A stretch of 63,739 bases of DNA, filler included, from Octopus bimaculoides (GCF_001194135.2; 6 parts of 6 records of this genome joined end to end with filler, not necessarily neighbours in it), one strand, 5' to 3'; shown: positions 37,713 through 52,624, numbered from the whole stretch's first letter. The notes: generated by a model not told the origin, from the letters alone. Program-made: numbers and translations.

Positions 37713-38411
37713 AGTGGATCTTGCATGCATGAAGTGGATTCGATCCACCATAGCCAAGTTTAAATTAACACTGCAACAGAACTTTTCCCACGGTGGAACA
37801 ACGGTTTTTCTGTGACAGCAGTTTGACATTCGCCAGATTGCCTTTAGCTAGGCCGAAATAATGTCTTCACCACTTGACCCTTTCTAACCTCTTCTACTTC
37901 ACCAAAAGCTAGAATAGAGATAACAAGACCACCAACTAAACCTATTGTTCTCAATGATATGTCTATTCTTCTGGATAGTTATAAAAGCAAGAACACCCCA
38001 AGCAAAAATCAGTCGGTGACGACTCAACGAATTAATCACTTCGGTGACAACGAAGTCTGGCTGACCAGCTAGAACCTTGGTCAGAGGGAGAAATGAAGTT
38101 TACTGTCAGCAACTGTCAGACAACGACCCACACCCTACAACTCTCACTAGCTCTAATTCTATTCTCTTACAACATCATTCTATCTCTCTCTGCAATTACT
38201 ACTAAACAATGAAGAGGACACAAACACAAACTTTACTTCGCATGCTTTTGGATTTATCATAACCTGCCTGTCGAGGCAAGGTGTTGTAATGTAACGGTAA
38301 ATAAACACTTCCTTAAAACTTCATGCATTGTCCCTCTTTCACATCTTACAACTTGCCATTATAACAACAAATCTTACCCGTTACAATTGGTAACTACACG
38401 AATTTTTATCG

Positions 38412-38512
<101 letters not shown>

Positions 38513-38599
38513 CTAGCTGAATATCTAGCTTTGCTCAGGTCAAGTGTGGGCAGTAGAGAACTATCCATCTGGTCCAATTTCATGTTGTCCAGTCAAGGT

Positions 38600-38890
38600 T
38601 TTAAAGCTTTCATTTTCTGATGCTCCTTTTAAAAAAGTTTGGTTCTTCTTTACAGATGTCTTGGTAACCTTTTGGTGTAATCGTTCTTATCTATGCAATG
38701 TGACTTCCTTTTCAGAGTAACACAGTTACCATGAATCATCTGGGTGTTAACAACATTAAAGAGCTCTTCATCCATGCAAGGGTTTGTAATCTCTGCAGAA
38801 CTGATGTAATCAATTTGATTGAAGTGATTCTTATTTATAAACGTTGTCAAAATGCGTGCATGTCGCAGTTCGCCTTTTCCATGACATTAT
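38600..38890 (-). mobile_element. Helitron Rep-domain fragment
   Basis: ELRHARIL...QIDYISSAEITNP...ELFNVVNTQMIHGNC...SHC...TKRLPR resembles Helitron GLPHAHIL...IDxxISAEIPDP...MIHGPCG...C.KRYP. Confidence 0.85.
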
Positions 38891-39917
38891 TAGTGAAAGC
38901 ATCATCTGTAACAAATTGCTTGAAAAAAACAAAAGGAAGGCTACATCTAGTCGTGACTATAGTTTGAGTTCGCGTGCACAAAGTTTGTCTAACCGCGTAC
39001 TCGTATAATTAGCAGTAAATCTAATGAAAGCTGCTAAATTTGTCACCTTGCTACTTCGTTTCTAAAAAGAGAGAGAAAGAGAAAGGGAAGTAGAAAAGTG
39101 AAAGAAATGTTGCTACTTTCAGAGTGAAAAAGAGATGAAAACAAAAAGGGGTGAGGGAGAGAAGGAAAGTTTAAATGATTTGAAAATAGTAGCGGTGAGA
39201 ATAAGAGACGCGTACAAAGAAAAGGAGAGAGAAATAAAAGAAGTACAATTTCAACGGGAAGCAAGAAGAGAGTAGAATGGTGAGCAAAACAGATTTAGCA
39301 TTGCTGTGGAAGAGGTTAAAAGGTAATAGCTACACTTAAAAGAAAGAAGAGGGTAAAGAAGGTGGACACACGCACATTCACATAAGCGAGAGAACTTTAT
39401 CATAGACAAAAGAATGAAACTATTTATATTTTTAGCAAAATATGCTACCAGTTTCAATCGTTTTATAAGACGATTTAGTCATGCTTGAGAGAAGGGAAAT
39501 ATTAAAATAATGTATTTCAATTTATTTTCCTTTTTCTTATTTCTTTCGTTCTGCTATTGTCTGTTAATATAAATTTACTTGTGTGAAACCTCTTAACCAT
39601 TAGAATATATATAAATATGTATATTTAGCTGGTATGAAGTGTGCCTCTGACCCTTGTATTACAAGTTCTTGGCTCCATGAGTTGTGTATAAAACAATGGA
39701 AAGAAATACAAGAAAATGGGTTTTCAATAAACTGCGACACTTTATTCATCTGCTAAATGAATTTGTACAGTAAAACAGTTGGATGCATCATGAAGATAAC
39801 TGTCTGCAGAAATCATACATAGTCGGCTTCTGAATTCAGATAAAATGAGGCTCACACAGGCTTTTGATTTTGCAGTGCTGGTTTGTCTATCACACAACGC
39901 GATTGGATACAAAATTA

Positions 39918-41134
39918 TCAGGCTGAGTAAAAAGTAAGCAACGTTTTGAAACATGAATTCATCACAAACTATTTCAACAATGGGAAAATTTTATTTATCA
40001 AAATAAGTACCATTACAATCAACACATTTTTAACAACGAGTTACAAGTTTGTTTATTCCAGTAACATAAAAACCTGGAGTTCTGGAACTGATGAACTCTT
40101 TGAACGCACTTTCAGCATTGGTTTGATTTTTGAACTCCTTCTATCACAGGAAATCATCAAGGTGTTTGAAAAAGTGGTAGTCGGTAGGAGGGAAAATAAG
40201 TTTGGTGGGGAAGAACTTCGTAGCCAAGTTCCCTCGACTTCTGGAGCATCATTAGTGAAACGTGTGGTCGAGCATTGTCGTGAAGAATGATTGGCCTTCT
40301 TCTGTTGACTAATCTGGGACAGAGGAGTGGCAGTTTTTCGTTCATTTTGGCAATTTCATGGCAATATGTTTCTGCAGTCCAGCAGTACACTACCAAACAG
40401 TCACCATAACCTTCATTTTGAAGAGTTCGGGGTTAGAGAAGATTTTCAGTGCTTCATTTTGCTCTAACCACTGCGAAGAATGTTTTTTTATGATTGTACT
40501 GAATCTACTTTTCATCGCAAGTTACAATACGGTCGAGAAAATTAATCGGTCTGGTTACTGAGAAGAAGTGACGAGCAAATTTCATATCTGTGCATTTTGT
40601 GATTTTCATTCAAACCGTGTGGTACCCATTTGTCAAGCTCTTTTGATTTTCCGATCGTATGCAAATGGTTGCAGGCAGTTTTCTGGCTAACTTGAAGTTC
40701 TTTTGCCAGTTCTCGAGTGGTTTTATGTGAATCTTTCTTAAAGAGAGTCTTTAATTGACCGTCATCGATGACAGATGGGCGTCCACTATGCTCACAATCT
40801 TTCACTGTGAAATCGTTTAAACCATTTTCGAGCTGACAACTCACTGGTCATTTTCTCACCAAACGTTTAGTTGATATCGCGAGCAGTTTCAGCTGTACTA
40901 CGTCCTTTTTTGAAGTTGAATAACAAAATTGCTTGAATATCGCGCTTTGACATTTCCATTTCAGATGATTGTAACAACGGTGAAAAAATATCAATGTTAA
41001 TTTATTGATGCACTTGGTCTATGTCAGTATTATCAGACAATTAAAAAAAAATGTTTAAAAACATTTCAAAACTGCAAAAATCTTGTACAAATTCTTCGTG
41101 GTTCAAAACGTTGCTTACTTTTTACTCAACCTGA
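39918..41134 (-). mobile_element. Mariner (DD34D) transposon, near full length, with disrupted transposase
   Basis: 33-bp TIRs TCAGG(C/T)TGAGTAAAAAGTAAGCAACGTTTTGAA with TA flanks. Minus-strand frames give MEMSKRDIQAILLFNFKKG (ATG 40959), WVPHGL and HDNARPH; stops and frameshifts present. Confidence 0.95.
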
Positions 41135-41399
41135 TATATTCCACGTAAAACTAGATCAATCGGACTAGAAACGAAATCGGTCAAGTATTACGCCATCATA
41201 CGACCGGTTTATGTGACCAATCGTTTGGAACATGCAGGATGAGCCGATTTCCGACTATTCAAGCCTAAACGATGCGACAATTTATGACAACAGTCTAGCT
41301 ACACACGCACGCACGCACACTGACACACACACGCACGCACACACGCATATATACACAATTAATGAAAGAGATGGAAGATATGAGAGTCTTTATTGATCA

Positions 41400-43400
41400 C
41401 TACAATTGTTTTGACCTATGTAGCATCGATCCCTCGTGGATGGGATACTGTACAACTGGTTTGGATGTATCCCTGAGTGTAGATGTGTTTCCCCAGGTGA
41501 CTTCGAGAGGCATCTCGTTAAAATAGACTCTGTTTCGCATAGCTTATTACTGCATGTTTTCTTCTTGGTCTTCGTAAACAGAAATTCAAAATGCCTCATT
41601 CTTGTCAAAGACCAATAACAAAGATCAGATACAAAAAGAAACAAATACACAATACAGCGAAAACTCATTACATATAACCGTTAGGAGATATGGATGTATG
41701 AAGAAAACTGAGCAGTGTAGATCATCTGTTAGTAAAACACGTGGTAAATCATCCACGGACTCAAACCACAGCGAATCGATAAATGCTATACCAAAACCCT
41801 CTTCCCGAAAAGAAACTGTAGGTTATGAGACTGATGCATTAGATAGTACTCGTAAGAAACCGGGGGTTTTGCGACCTGCTGCTACTGAGAAAGGAAAATA
41901 TAAAGAGTTTGAGAACAAGGTATGTAAAGCTCTTTATAAAATGACAAGATCCACACTGGAGAAACTGGGGAAATTAGCAAGCTCAATATACGATACAGGA
42001 ATTAAATCATTTGGAGTAAAATATGGGTCCTGATTAGCGAAAGGAAAGTGTTGACCAAGAAGGAGGAACAGGAAAATGAAACAGTTGAGGAGGGAAAAGA
42101 ACAGCCTTAAAAAGTGGTGGAAATGTGCAGAAGAAGCCGAAAAACTTGACCTTGACGATTTAAAAAGAAAATGCGCTGTGTAACACGATATCTGCCGACA
42201 TGAGTGAAAAAAAAAAAGAAAGCAAAAGGACTCGTGAATAGTTTCTGAAGAACCCGTACGGGGTTACTAAGAAGCTGTTCACTAAACCAAAATGTGGCAC
42301 TTTATCGTGTACAAAAGAACTGGATGTTCATATCAAAGAAACCTACAGTGATCCAAATCATAACCAGCCATGGCCATCTGTAAATGAACTAAAGCATCTC
42401 TTAGAACCTGATGTCGAATTTCAAATCGGAGACATCAAGGAGAAAGAGGTGAATGAATTTATGAGAAAAGCCAGAGCAAAAAGTGTCGCAGGAGGTGATG
42501 GCGTCTCATATAAAGTGTATAAATATTGCAATCGTCTACGAAAGCAGCTCTTTGCCCTGCTCCAACAGCTGTGACGCGAGGAAACTCTAGTAGAGGACTG
42601 ATGTAAGGAAGAAAGCATATACCTGCCAAAGGAAGTCAATACAGAGATAGTAAAACAGTTTAGGCTGATATCCTTATTGAATGTGGATGTGAAAGATCTT
42701 TATGGGAATTCTCTCAAAAAGAACAGTGACATATTAAATACGGTGCTTACAGTTCGGCTTGTATCCGTGCCTTTCGCGATCACTTTTAATATGCAAGGTG
42801 ACATTGTTGTGTTCAAATCATTGAGCAAAAGTGTAATGTGTTCATTAGAAAGTGGCTAGGCCTACCTCGGATATTGAACAGCTCAGCTCTCTATCATAAA
42901 GGAGGTTCGTTGCAGTTACCACTGGCGTCAGTAGTCGAAATTTATAAAGTAGGAAAGGTACGAACGGCGATGATGCTGAGAGAGTCGATGGAAATAGAAA
43001 TTAAGCTTAATCCACTAGATGTAAAAAGAGCCAGGAAGTGGACAGCGGAGGTTGAGACTGATGACATCCTGTTTTCATCTACACACCGAGATATGGTGGA
43101 TGCAACGCAAATTCATCGGAAGAGACTTGGATTTGGCGCAGATCGGTTCAGAGGGTTTGCAAGCATGATGCGAAGCGAACGCAGATCTGTTGTTAGCAAC
43201 AGCATCAAAACAAGGGAAACAGAGAGAAGAGAGCTTCATTTGATTCAATACTCTCAACAAGGACAGATGATGAAATGGGAGGAACACGTTGTTGAGAGAA
43301 AAATAAGTGGGAATGAAATATGGAAGTGGACTACATCACGTCTAAGTTTTCTGATTAGTTCATCCTACGATGTCTTGTCATTGCCTACAAACCTAATACA
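41400..43400 (+). mobile_element. Hero-like (RLE-type) non-LTR retrotransposon fragment, internally deleted
   Basis: FLKNPYG.TKKLF, KARAKSVAGGDGVSYKVYK, FRLISLLNVD, then RKWLGLPRILNSSALY...LQLPL...QQGQMMKWE...SFLISSSYDVLSLPTNL. The RT core is missing between ~42700 and ~42750. Confidence 0.75.
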
Positions 43401-44184
43401 CGTTCCTTCTAATAAGAAGGAACGTGTAGCAAACTCTAGTGAAGTTCCTCTCTCTTAACAGGTAACAGCTAACCTTTGGGCGCTGTTTTGGACCCCGTTG
43501 TGTCTACCACTCTTCAACAAGAAGAAACACCGACTCTTAGTATTTTGTTTTTACTAAATATCTGGTAAATAAATAACTTGTAATTCATTTCAACTGTCTC
43601 TACGCTCTGAGTTCAGATTCCGCCGAGGTCGACTTTGCTTTTCATCCTTTCGAGGATCGATAAAATAAGTACCAGTCAAGTACTGGGATCGATGAAATTA
43701 GCTATCCCTCTCCCAGCGAATTTACGACATGTGCCTATAATAGAAAGGATAATATGAAGCAACATAAGTTAACAATTAGGCTTCATCTCCAAGCAGATTC
43801 ATCTAACTGCAATGAATACTGAGCAATCTCAAAACTGCACGTCTTCCACATCCTTTCCTTTTCCTTAATTTTTGTCGTTGTATTGTAATATTACTTAAAT
43901 GATTTTATTATATCAGTCGCTGACTTATACTAAAAGGAACTCAAACCCCCTACTAACAACTAGTTTTCACTATTAACAAAAGATTTACTGAATTTGGAGA
44001 GCAGTAATGAAATTTTATACGAGATTACAGCTTGTATTTTCCCGTATTGATGCGGATGAAAACATACTTGACAATCGGTTGGTTGCAAAATGATGCTTTA
44101 AATCAAGATAAATCTTTAGTTGTTTTGTCAAAATGTTCATAATACGCGCTTAAACATAGGCAAACAATCTTAGTTCATCTTAGC

Positions 44185-44510
44185 CATTTTTTCTCAACCA
44201 TTTTTTCTTTCTACCCATGGGCCCTTCTGATTATCATTTTGTTCAGGTGGACCCCCTCGATGTTTAAAAACTAGTTTAAAGAAACCTCTTTCAAAATTCC
44301 TATTTTGTTTTTCACACATTAATTTGTGTAGACTGAACCATGTAAAATGTTATAGAAAGAAACCTAGTTGTTTCTTGTAATATATACCAATACACACATC
44401 TAAAACAAATTGTTTTCTGGGACCCTTAAAATACTATTGTGGATCTCCAATTTACTATTTCGTTGTGTGGATCCCCAAAATCTTATATGGACTCTGGTTG
44501 AGAACTACTG
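44185..44510 (-). mobile_element. hAT MITE, same family as 378-708, inverted
   Basis: Internal sequence is the reverse complement of 378-708; TIR GTTGAGAACTACTG; TSD ATCTTAGC / ATCTAAGC (7/8). Confidence 0.82.
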
Positions 44511-45101
44511 ATCTAAGCGATATGCTTTATTACTTGAAAGTGCACAATGGCTCAGTAGGTAGTCAGGATAAAGATAACACACACAGAAATAATAGAATAT
44601 TTGGCAAAACTTACCTCACGAAGCATCTGGATGTTTCGGTGATAGCCTCGTCATCCAGTGTTGACTGATCGGTAATTACAGAATATATAATAGTTGTGAA
44701 CATCACGACTGGAAGGTCTATAAATCGACCAGAAACAAAGGAACGAAGCTGTTTCTTTATACACCTCAGACAATAATGACTGATATAAAAATAGTGAAAA
44801 TGCTCTACTGGGAGGAATGCAATAAGTTGGGACTCTTTTATACATATCAGAAGCTATATGCATATGAACCTACACAGTACAATGATCCTTCCTCTAAGCG
44901 ATATACTCAGTCATTCATATTGTATAATGACTAAATGGCTCATACAATGTGTAACGATTAAATACTCATACAACGCCCGCTCGCACACACGAATTCAGCT
45001 TTGAGTAAATGCTCAATTCAAACGGTATTGAATGCTTTTTTCGCTGTATTGCAAATCTACCAGTGTAAACCTAGAATCAGTTTGTGTGTGTGAATGAATG
45101 A

Positions 45102-45140
<39 letters not shown>

Positions 45141-47074
45141 CGCCATTCATTGTGTGTGCTAGTCATTTGTATATTAAAAAAAAGGAAAAGCAAACACTTC
45201 TACAAGTGTCTTTTGTTTTTGTTATTTTTATAGCCGGCTATATTCATATGCCTTGACATTTTTGTAGATCTTGACATTTAGATTTAAATACTCAGTCATC
45301 GACAATGATAGTTTTTACGCACAAAACGACGTATTTGGGTGAGAGGTGTCGGCGATATTTTTTATCGACTCCAGGAGGATGAATAGCAAAGTCGTTCCCA
45401 GAGGGTTTGAGCTCAAAGCGTAAAATGACGTAAATACCGCAAAACATCCTGGCCACAACACTATTCCTACTTAATCTGTCAAAATAATCAGAGCAATCTT
45501 CTAATATAATTTTACTCTTTATTATATAATTTATACTCTTCTAGGATGCTTTATAGGAATATTAAATAACCCAGTATTTAACTTGTACTTTATTTTATCG
45601 ACAATGGAGAATGAATGACAAAATTGATCTCAGCTAGACTTGAAGTTCCAATGTGATAATGAATCAGCAATCTACCACTTCACTTTTTTTTTTATCATTG
45701 CCTTCTTTAAAACATGAGGCAGACAGAAACCAAAGAGGCAGACGACACATTTGGGTTCCGATCTCTCGTAACCGTCATCGTCAGTTATCGTTTTCATGTT
45801 CTACGACGGAATGTGACGGAAGATAGAGAGAGGGAAAGAGAGAAGGTAACTAAATAACTATGGGAGTAAGCATATGTGAAGGAAAAGAGTGAGAAAGAAA
45901 GAAATAGAGCGATTAAAAGAAAATTCAGCTAGTTAGTCAATGAACGACCGAGAGAAAGAGACAGAGTAAGAAAAGAGAGAGAAAGAGAAAAAAATATATA
46001 TGAATGAGAGATATGCGGAGAAAGGAGATACTAATAAACCAGTGAGCGACACGCGTTCAACATAGTAGCCGACTCAAGCAACACACGCTGCTTTAATATC
46101 GAACGTCTCCCCCCCCCCTCTCCGCAATAGATTTTGTCATCTCTTTCCTTCTCCCGTGTGTGTAACTACGTGCGAATCTATTTTCAGTTAACACCCTCAC
46201 ACAGTCTTTCATTTCATTTCCTTTCTTCAATACTCCGCCTCTTTCTCCATAACGTTGGCAACGTCACTCTAACATCGTTTATACGTTGTACTGCATTTTT
46301 AAAAAAATACTTATCAGTGTCGCTTTTTTTCTTCTTCTTTATACAAGTGCTATCTCTCTCCTGCAACATCACAACCAACAGGCTGGCAACAAGCAATGTC
46401 GTGGTGCATCTTCTCTTAAGTGCAGCTGTGGTGCGCGCAAACTATGAGTACAACAGTATTATGCATTTAATACATATGTGTTGCAATCTTATACAATTAC
46501 ACACCGTGTAACAAATACACATGTATGTGTAATATATACACACACGAAAGAAAGGAAGATTTAAGAAGTAGACGATAGAAATAAACCGTATGAAGAAAAC
46601 ATACACAAAGACGTCGGCCCTAAGAAACACATAAATACAGTAGAAAAAAAGAGAGAAAGCAAGTAGGAGAAAGAAAGAAGGAGAGAGCAGTTTTGTGGGA
46701 CGAAAAATGAAGAAATAAACCTCCCCTGGTTGCCAAAACAAGAGAAGAAAAATGGTTTGGTAAACGATGAGATGGCATAAAGAAACTACATATAACAGTT
46801 AAGTTGAATATGCGCGCCATCTCTGAGAGATGGATTAGTTGCAATAATCTTTAAAAATGATTCTTTTACTCTGCAACCTGACTAAATAATTAAAAAAAAT
46901 AAAAAACGAAAGCGAGAAGTAGACGGAAATAGAACATTTGAAATTGACTGAACTATATATATATATATATATATNNNNNNNNNNNNNNNNNNNNNNNNNN
47001 NNNNNNNNNNNNNNNNNNTTAATTAATTAANNNNNNNNNNNNNNNNNNNNNNNNNNNNNNNNNNNNNNNNNNNN

Positions 47075-47118
<44 letters not shown>

Positions 47119-47379
47119 GTAAACATGTTTACCTACGAATGTTTGATAACGCTTACATCTAGCTTCGCTGCGCAAATACGCCCCGTGGTTTAAACATAGG
47201 GGTTTATCTGTAGAACAGAATGAAGAGTAATGTCGCTGGTTTTGTTCTGCGAATGCACTCCTGTGGCTTAACTACGGGGTATAAGTAACTGCAGCGAAGC
47301 TAGTTGTAATGTTTATTGAACGTACGCATGCAGGCTTATTTACAATTTAACTACACGCGCAAATGCACTTTACATGCAT

Positions 47380-47909
47380 AAGCAAGGGCTGGTGGTGTGG
47401 TTAAGGAGCTCGTTTTGAAACTTGGTACTTTCGGGTTCAGTTCCACTGATCGTGAACCTTGGACAAGCGTCTTATGCAATAGCCGCGGGGTGACGAATGC
47501 GTTGTGATTTGGTCGGTGGAAACAATGTTGAAGCCGATCGCGCGCGCGTGTGCATATAAGTTGATAATACTGGCGGTGTCCCAGCATGGCCACAACATTT
47601 TGGGCTGAAACGCAGGAGTGGCTGTGTGGTAAGTAGCTTCCTTGCTAAGCACATAGTTCCGGGTTCAGTCCCACTGCGTGGCATCTTGGGCAAGTGTCTT
47701 CTACTATAGCCTCGGGCACACACACACACACACACACACATACACATATACGACGAGGTTCTTTCACTCGCCGCCTACCAAATTCAACTCAAGGCTTTGG
47801 TATGCCCGAGGCTATAGTGGAAGATATTTGGTCAAGGTGCCACGCAGTGGGAATGAACCCGGAACCATGCGGTTGGGGAGCAAGCTTCTTACCACAATAT
47901 GTATATATT

Positions 47910-47946
<37 letters not shown>

Positions 47947-48170
47947 TGTATGTCTTTGTGTTCCTTTGTGTCCCCACCACCGCTTGACAACCGCTGTTGG
48001 TGTGTTTACGTCCGCGTAAGCTAGCGGTTCGGCAAAAGTGACCGATAGCGTAAATACCAGGCTTAACAACAACAACAACAACAACAACATAAGTACTGAT
48101 ATCGATTCATTCGACCAAAAATTCTTCAAAGCGGTGCCCCAGCATGGCCGCAGTCTAATGTCTGACACAA
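47380..48170. mobile_element. Cluster of SINE family A fragments in both orientations
   Basis: Head fragments on + (47611-47716) and - (47740-47895); 3' part on + (47920-48170). Confidence 0.7.
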
Positions 48171-49210
48171 GTACAAATATAACAAAAAGAAAGAAACGAT
48201 ATATATATATACATATATATATAAATATATATATGAAGGTCTGTCCCGTCTATTACGTCACACTAAGCGAAAACTTTACAAGACTTCGTCGGGAGAACTT
48301 AGTGGTTGTGTACTATCGACAGACAACGTGTGTGTGTGAGTACACATGACATATGCAGTAACATATGTGTGTGTGTGTGATAAAGCATTGATATTCACTT
48401 TTCCCCTTCCTATTTTCTTTCTATCTCTCTTTCTCTCTTCTTCACACACACATACGCACACCTAACGCGCGCTCGCGCTCACATACTTATACACACTTAA
48501 TTTTAGCAGCTGTTGAAGTTATCTATGGTGGCACACAATTAGCTATGTATACGCTGAGCCTTCTGTCTGTTTGTCTCTCTTTCTCCTCCCCCCTCTCTCT
48601 GTTTTTCTATCTATCTATCTGTCTGTCTGTCTGTCTGTCTGTTCACCCGCCCCGCCTAGAATCTCTCGTCTGCCTTGGTTGTCTTTATATCTATCTATTT
48701 AGTTAGCTAGCTGTCTGTCAATTCCACCACACGTCATCTCTCTTCTTGTCTGTAAATCGTATTTGGACATGTGTGCATTCATATTCGCATGAAGCCATTC
48801 CCGATCCTCATGGGTAACACACACACACACATATATTATACATATATGCATGCGTGCCTTAATTTATATGTAGCACCATGTAATAATATCCCCCCCTCTT
48901 TCACTATTACCCTTTCTCTTTCTACCTCTCCTCCTCCTCCTCCATCTTGTGACATACATTAATTGTATATATGTCACATCAGTCTCCCCCTCTTTGTTGC
49001 TGTTCTCCCATCGAGCTTTCTGCTGTAATGTATGCCTTGTGTATATGTTAATAAACTATATATATATATATACTGTTGTGTCTGGGGACAGTCATTTTCT
49101 TTTAGTGCCTTATTATTTAACACACTCACCGGTAAAATTTCCACTCATTTACTTATTTATTTTTCTAAAATTTTCGTTGCGTCCTGCAACCTTTTAAATG
49201 TATATGTATG

Positions 49211-49253
<43 letters not shown>

Positions 49254-50325
49254 ATATTATATTCACCATATTTATGTTTGTTTTCGTAATCCCCCTCTCT
49301 CTCCTGTTTTAAAGAAAAGCCAAAACTCAAACTTGCAGGCAGAACTGTCAACNNNNNNNNNNNNNNNNNNNNNNNNNNNNNNNNNNNNNNNNNNNNNNNN
49401 NNNNNNNNNNNNNNNNNNNNNNNNNNNNNNNNNNNNNNNNNNNNNNNNNNNNNNNNNNNNNNNNNNNNNNNNNNNNNNNNNNNNNNNNNNNNNNNNNNNN
49501 NNNNNNNNNNNNNNNNNNNNNNNNNNNNNNNNNNNNNNNNNNNNNNNNNNNNNNNNNNNNNNNNNNNNNNNNNNNNNNNNNNNNNNNNNNNNNNNNNNNN
49601 NNNNNNNNNNNNNNNNNNNNNNNNNNNNNNNNNNNNNNNNNNNNNNNNNNNNNNNNNNNNNNNNNNNNNNNNNNNNNNNNNNNNNNNNNNNNNNNNNNNN
49701 NNNNNNNNNNNNNNNNNNNNNNNNNNNNNNNNNNNNNNNNNNNNNNNNNNNNNNNNNNNNNNNNNNNNNNNNNNNNNNNNNNNNNNNNNNNNNNNNNNNN
49801 NNNNNNNNNNNNNNNNNNNNNNNNNNNNNNNNNNNNNNNNNNNNNNNNNNNNNNNNNNNNNNNNNNNNNNNNNNNNNNNNNNNNNNNNNNNNNNNNNNNN
49901 NNNNNNNNNNNNNNNNNNNNNNNNNNNNNNNNNNNNNNNNNNNNNNNNNNNNNNNNNNNNNNNNNNNNNNNNNNNNNNNNNNNNNNNNNNNNNNNNNNNN
50001 NNNNNNNNNNNNNNNNNNNNNNNNNNNNNNNNNNNNNNNNNNNNNNNNNNNNNNNNNNNNNNNNNNNNNNNNNNNNNNNNNNNNNNNNNNNNNNNNNNNN
50101 NNNNNNNNNNNNNNNNNNNNNNNNNNNNNNNNNNNNNNNNNNNNNNNNNNNNNNNNNNNNNNNNNNNNNNNNNNNNNNNNNNNNNNNNNNNNNNNNNNNN
50201 NNNNNNNNNNNNNNNNNNNNNNNNNNNNNNNNNNNNNNNNNNNNNNNNNNNNNNNNNNNNNNNNNNNNNNNNNNNNNNNNNNNNNNNNNNNNNNNNNNNN
50301 NNNNNNNNNNNNNNNNNNNNNNNNN

Positions 50326-50686
50326 ACGTTCTGAGTTCAAATTCTGCCGAGGTCGACTTTGCTTTTCATCCTTTCGGGGTCGATTAAATAAGTACCAGTT
50401 ACGCAATGGGGTCGATGTAATCGACTTAATCCCTTTGTCTGTCCTTGTTTGTCCCCTCTATGTTTAGCCCCTTGTGGGCAATAAAGAAATAAGAAATATT
50501 AGCACGCCGGGCAAAACGGTTATTTCGTCTGTCTTTACGTTCTGAGTTCAAATTCCGCCGAGGTCGACTTTACCTTTCATCCTTTCGAAGTCGATAAATT
50601 AAGTACCATTTGCGTACTGGGGTCGATCTAATCGACTGCCTCCCACCGCCCCCAAAATTTCGGGCCTTGTGCCTAGAATAGAAAAG
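50326..50686 (+). mobile_element. SINE family B, two units
   Basis: cgttctgagttcaaattc.gccgaggtcgacttt..ctttcatcctttcg x2. Confidence 0.8.
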
Positions 50687-51606
50687 TATATGTATGTGTG
50701 TGTGTATGTGCGTATAGATTTGAAACTTATGTATCGTGTGTGTGTGTGTGTGTCTGAGAGAGAGAGAGAGAGAGAGTGGGGGAGAGAGTTGTTGACTTAA
50801 TATACAGACATCTGCTCTTTAAGCACTTTTCTTGGCATTCCAACAATTCTAGAATGATTTGTGTTTCATTTTCTTCAACCCTGGCTCATCACATATGACT
50901 TAGCTTTTCATCCCGTCACAGGTTGATAAAATGAAGTACCACTCAAGTTCTGGAGTCGTCGATATCGAGTATTCCTCTTTCCCTCTAAATTACTGCTAAC
51001 CTCGTTCCAAACTTGGAACAATTGCTATCATTTCGTGCCGGTATCCAAATTAGCGTTTAGCGCACAATTCGTAGAGAATTCCTTGTAGGAGTCACGATGA
51101 CTACGCTATGTCACATTACTCTTATATTTTTCGCGATTGTTGCCCCTAAAACTTAGGGTTTTTATGACATTCACTGTTTCTGAAATAAGTTGGTCTTTGA
51201 TTAAATCAACTATTATGTCATAAAATATTCATATAATTCTTCATTGATTCAGCTGTTCCCAATTTACCTTCTCAAAGATTTCTTATGGGATATTTCCTTA
51301 AGATTCCAGAATCCATTCCTGTATTTTATACAGGCAGCCGTTGTCGTGATTATTGGTTTCAAATTTTATCACAAGGGGAAACAGTTAAGTCGATTACATC
51401 GATCCCCCAATGCTCAACTGGTACTTCGTTAACCCTGAAAGGATGAAAAGTAAAGTCGACCCCCAGCGGCGTTTGAACTCAGAACGCGAGGGAGGAAGAA
51501 ATGCCTCTAAGCATTTTGTCCGGCAGGGTAATAATTCCTCCAATACGCTGTTATGGATTATTAAGAGAAACAAAAATTGCTTTAAAAAGAAATTTGCGCG
51601 CGCACT

Positions 51607-51659
<53 letters not shown>

Positions 51660-52420
51660 GAAAAAGATTGACAGTAGCTGACTTGTTAGAAATAGTCATT
51701 GTTTTTCAAATCTCTTCATACTAAAAATGGGAAGGACTCCGTAGAAAATGTCCTAGATATATATATATATATATAAAAAGATGCGATAGTCGCGGTTGGC
51801 ATGTCTTGGATCATGCAATAGGTCTTGATCTGGACTGACCTGTACTGTTTGAATAGAAGTTGACCCGACCCATTTCACTTTTGCGCGCGTACACACATTC
51901 AGACGCGCACGCACACACAAACGTTCCCACTCTATCTTTTAATACTCTTACACCTGACGACCATACATTTACCCATCAATTTACTTGCGTGTCAACAAAC
52001 ATTCACGTAGTTTTTTTTTTTTAACCCTCACACAACACTTGCATAAATGCATCTGCGCCTGCAGATTGAAGGGCCACAGTTGGGTGAGGGCTAGTGCCTT
52101 TGGAGGTCAGTTTAATCCTGAATCTGTGAGGTTCCTTCATAGGCCGGCCCTAGCAGAAGTTTTTCTCCTGCATTAGAACTGCATCATTCATGTTATCACA
52201 TACTTTGTATTCCTTTATAAACTTTTATCGTATTTCACCGTCTTTTCCATTTATTTTCTGCCTGTCATTTTTATAAATCCCCACGCAAGTTGTGACATAT
52301 CTTATGATGTTCCCATCAGTTATGCCCCTGTGAGTAATACAAGAACTTACTGATATTCATGTGTCAACGGAAGCGTTGAAAAACAAAAGATATAACCATC
52401 TCGATGTCTCTATTATTATA

Positions 52421-52624
52421 CAGGGTGTCCCCAAAGTCTGGGTACATGGGAATTAATACATATTTTAAGAAATTATTATTTTTCATATTTAATTGTTTGT
52501 TATGATTTTTTACTCCATGTAGCCACATGGGGATTAACACATTAAGAAATTATTATTTCTTATATTTAATTGTTTATGTCATGATTTTATTTACTCCATG
52601 TACCCAGACTTTGTAGACACCCTG
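52421..52624. mobile_element. Tc1/mariner-type MITE
   Basis: ~29-bp TIRs CAGGGTGTC..CAAAGTCTGGGTACATGG, flanked by TA on both sides; internal direct repeat. Confidence 0.88.

Noticed and set aside
37860-38180. Possible additional solo LTR (TATAAAAG, ends TACAACA)
   Set aside because: The start boundary and TSD could not be defined.
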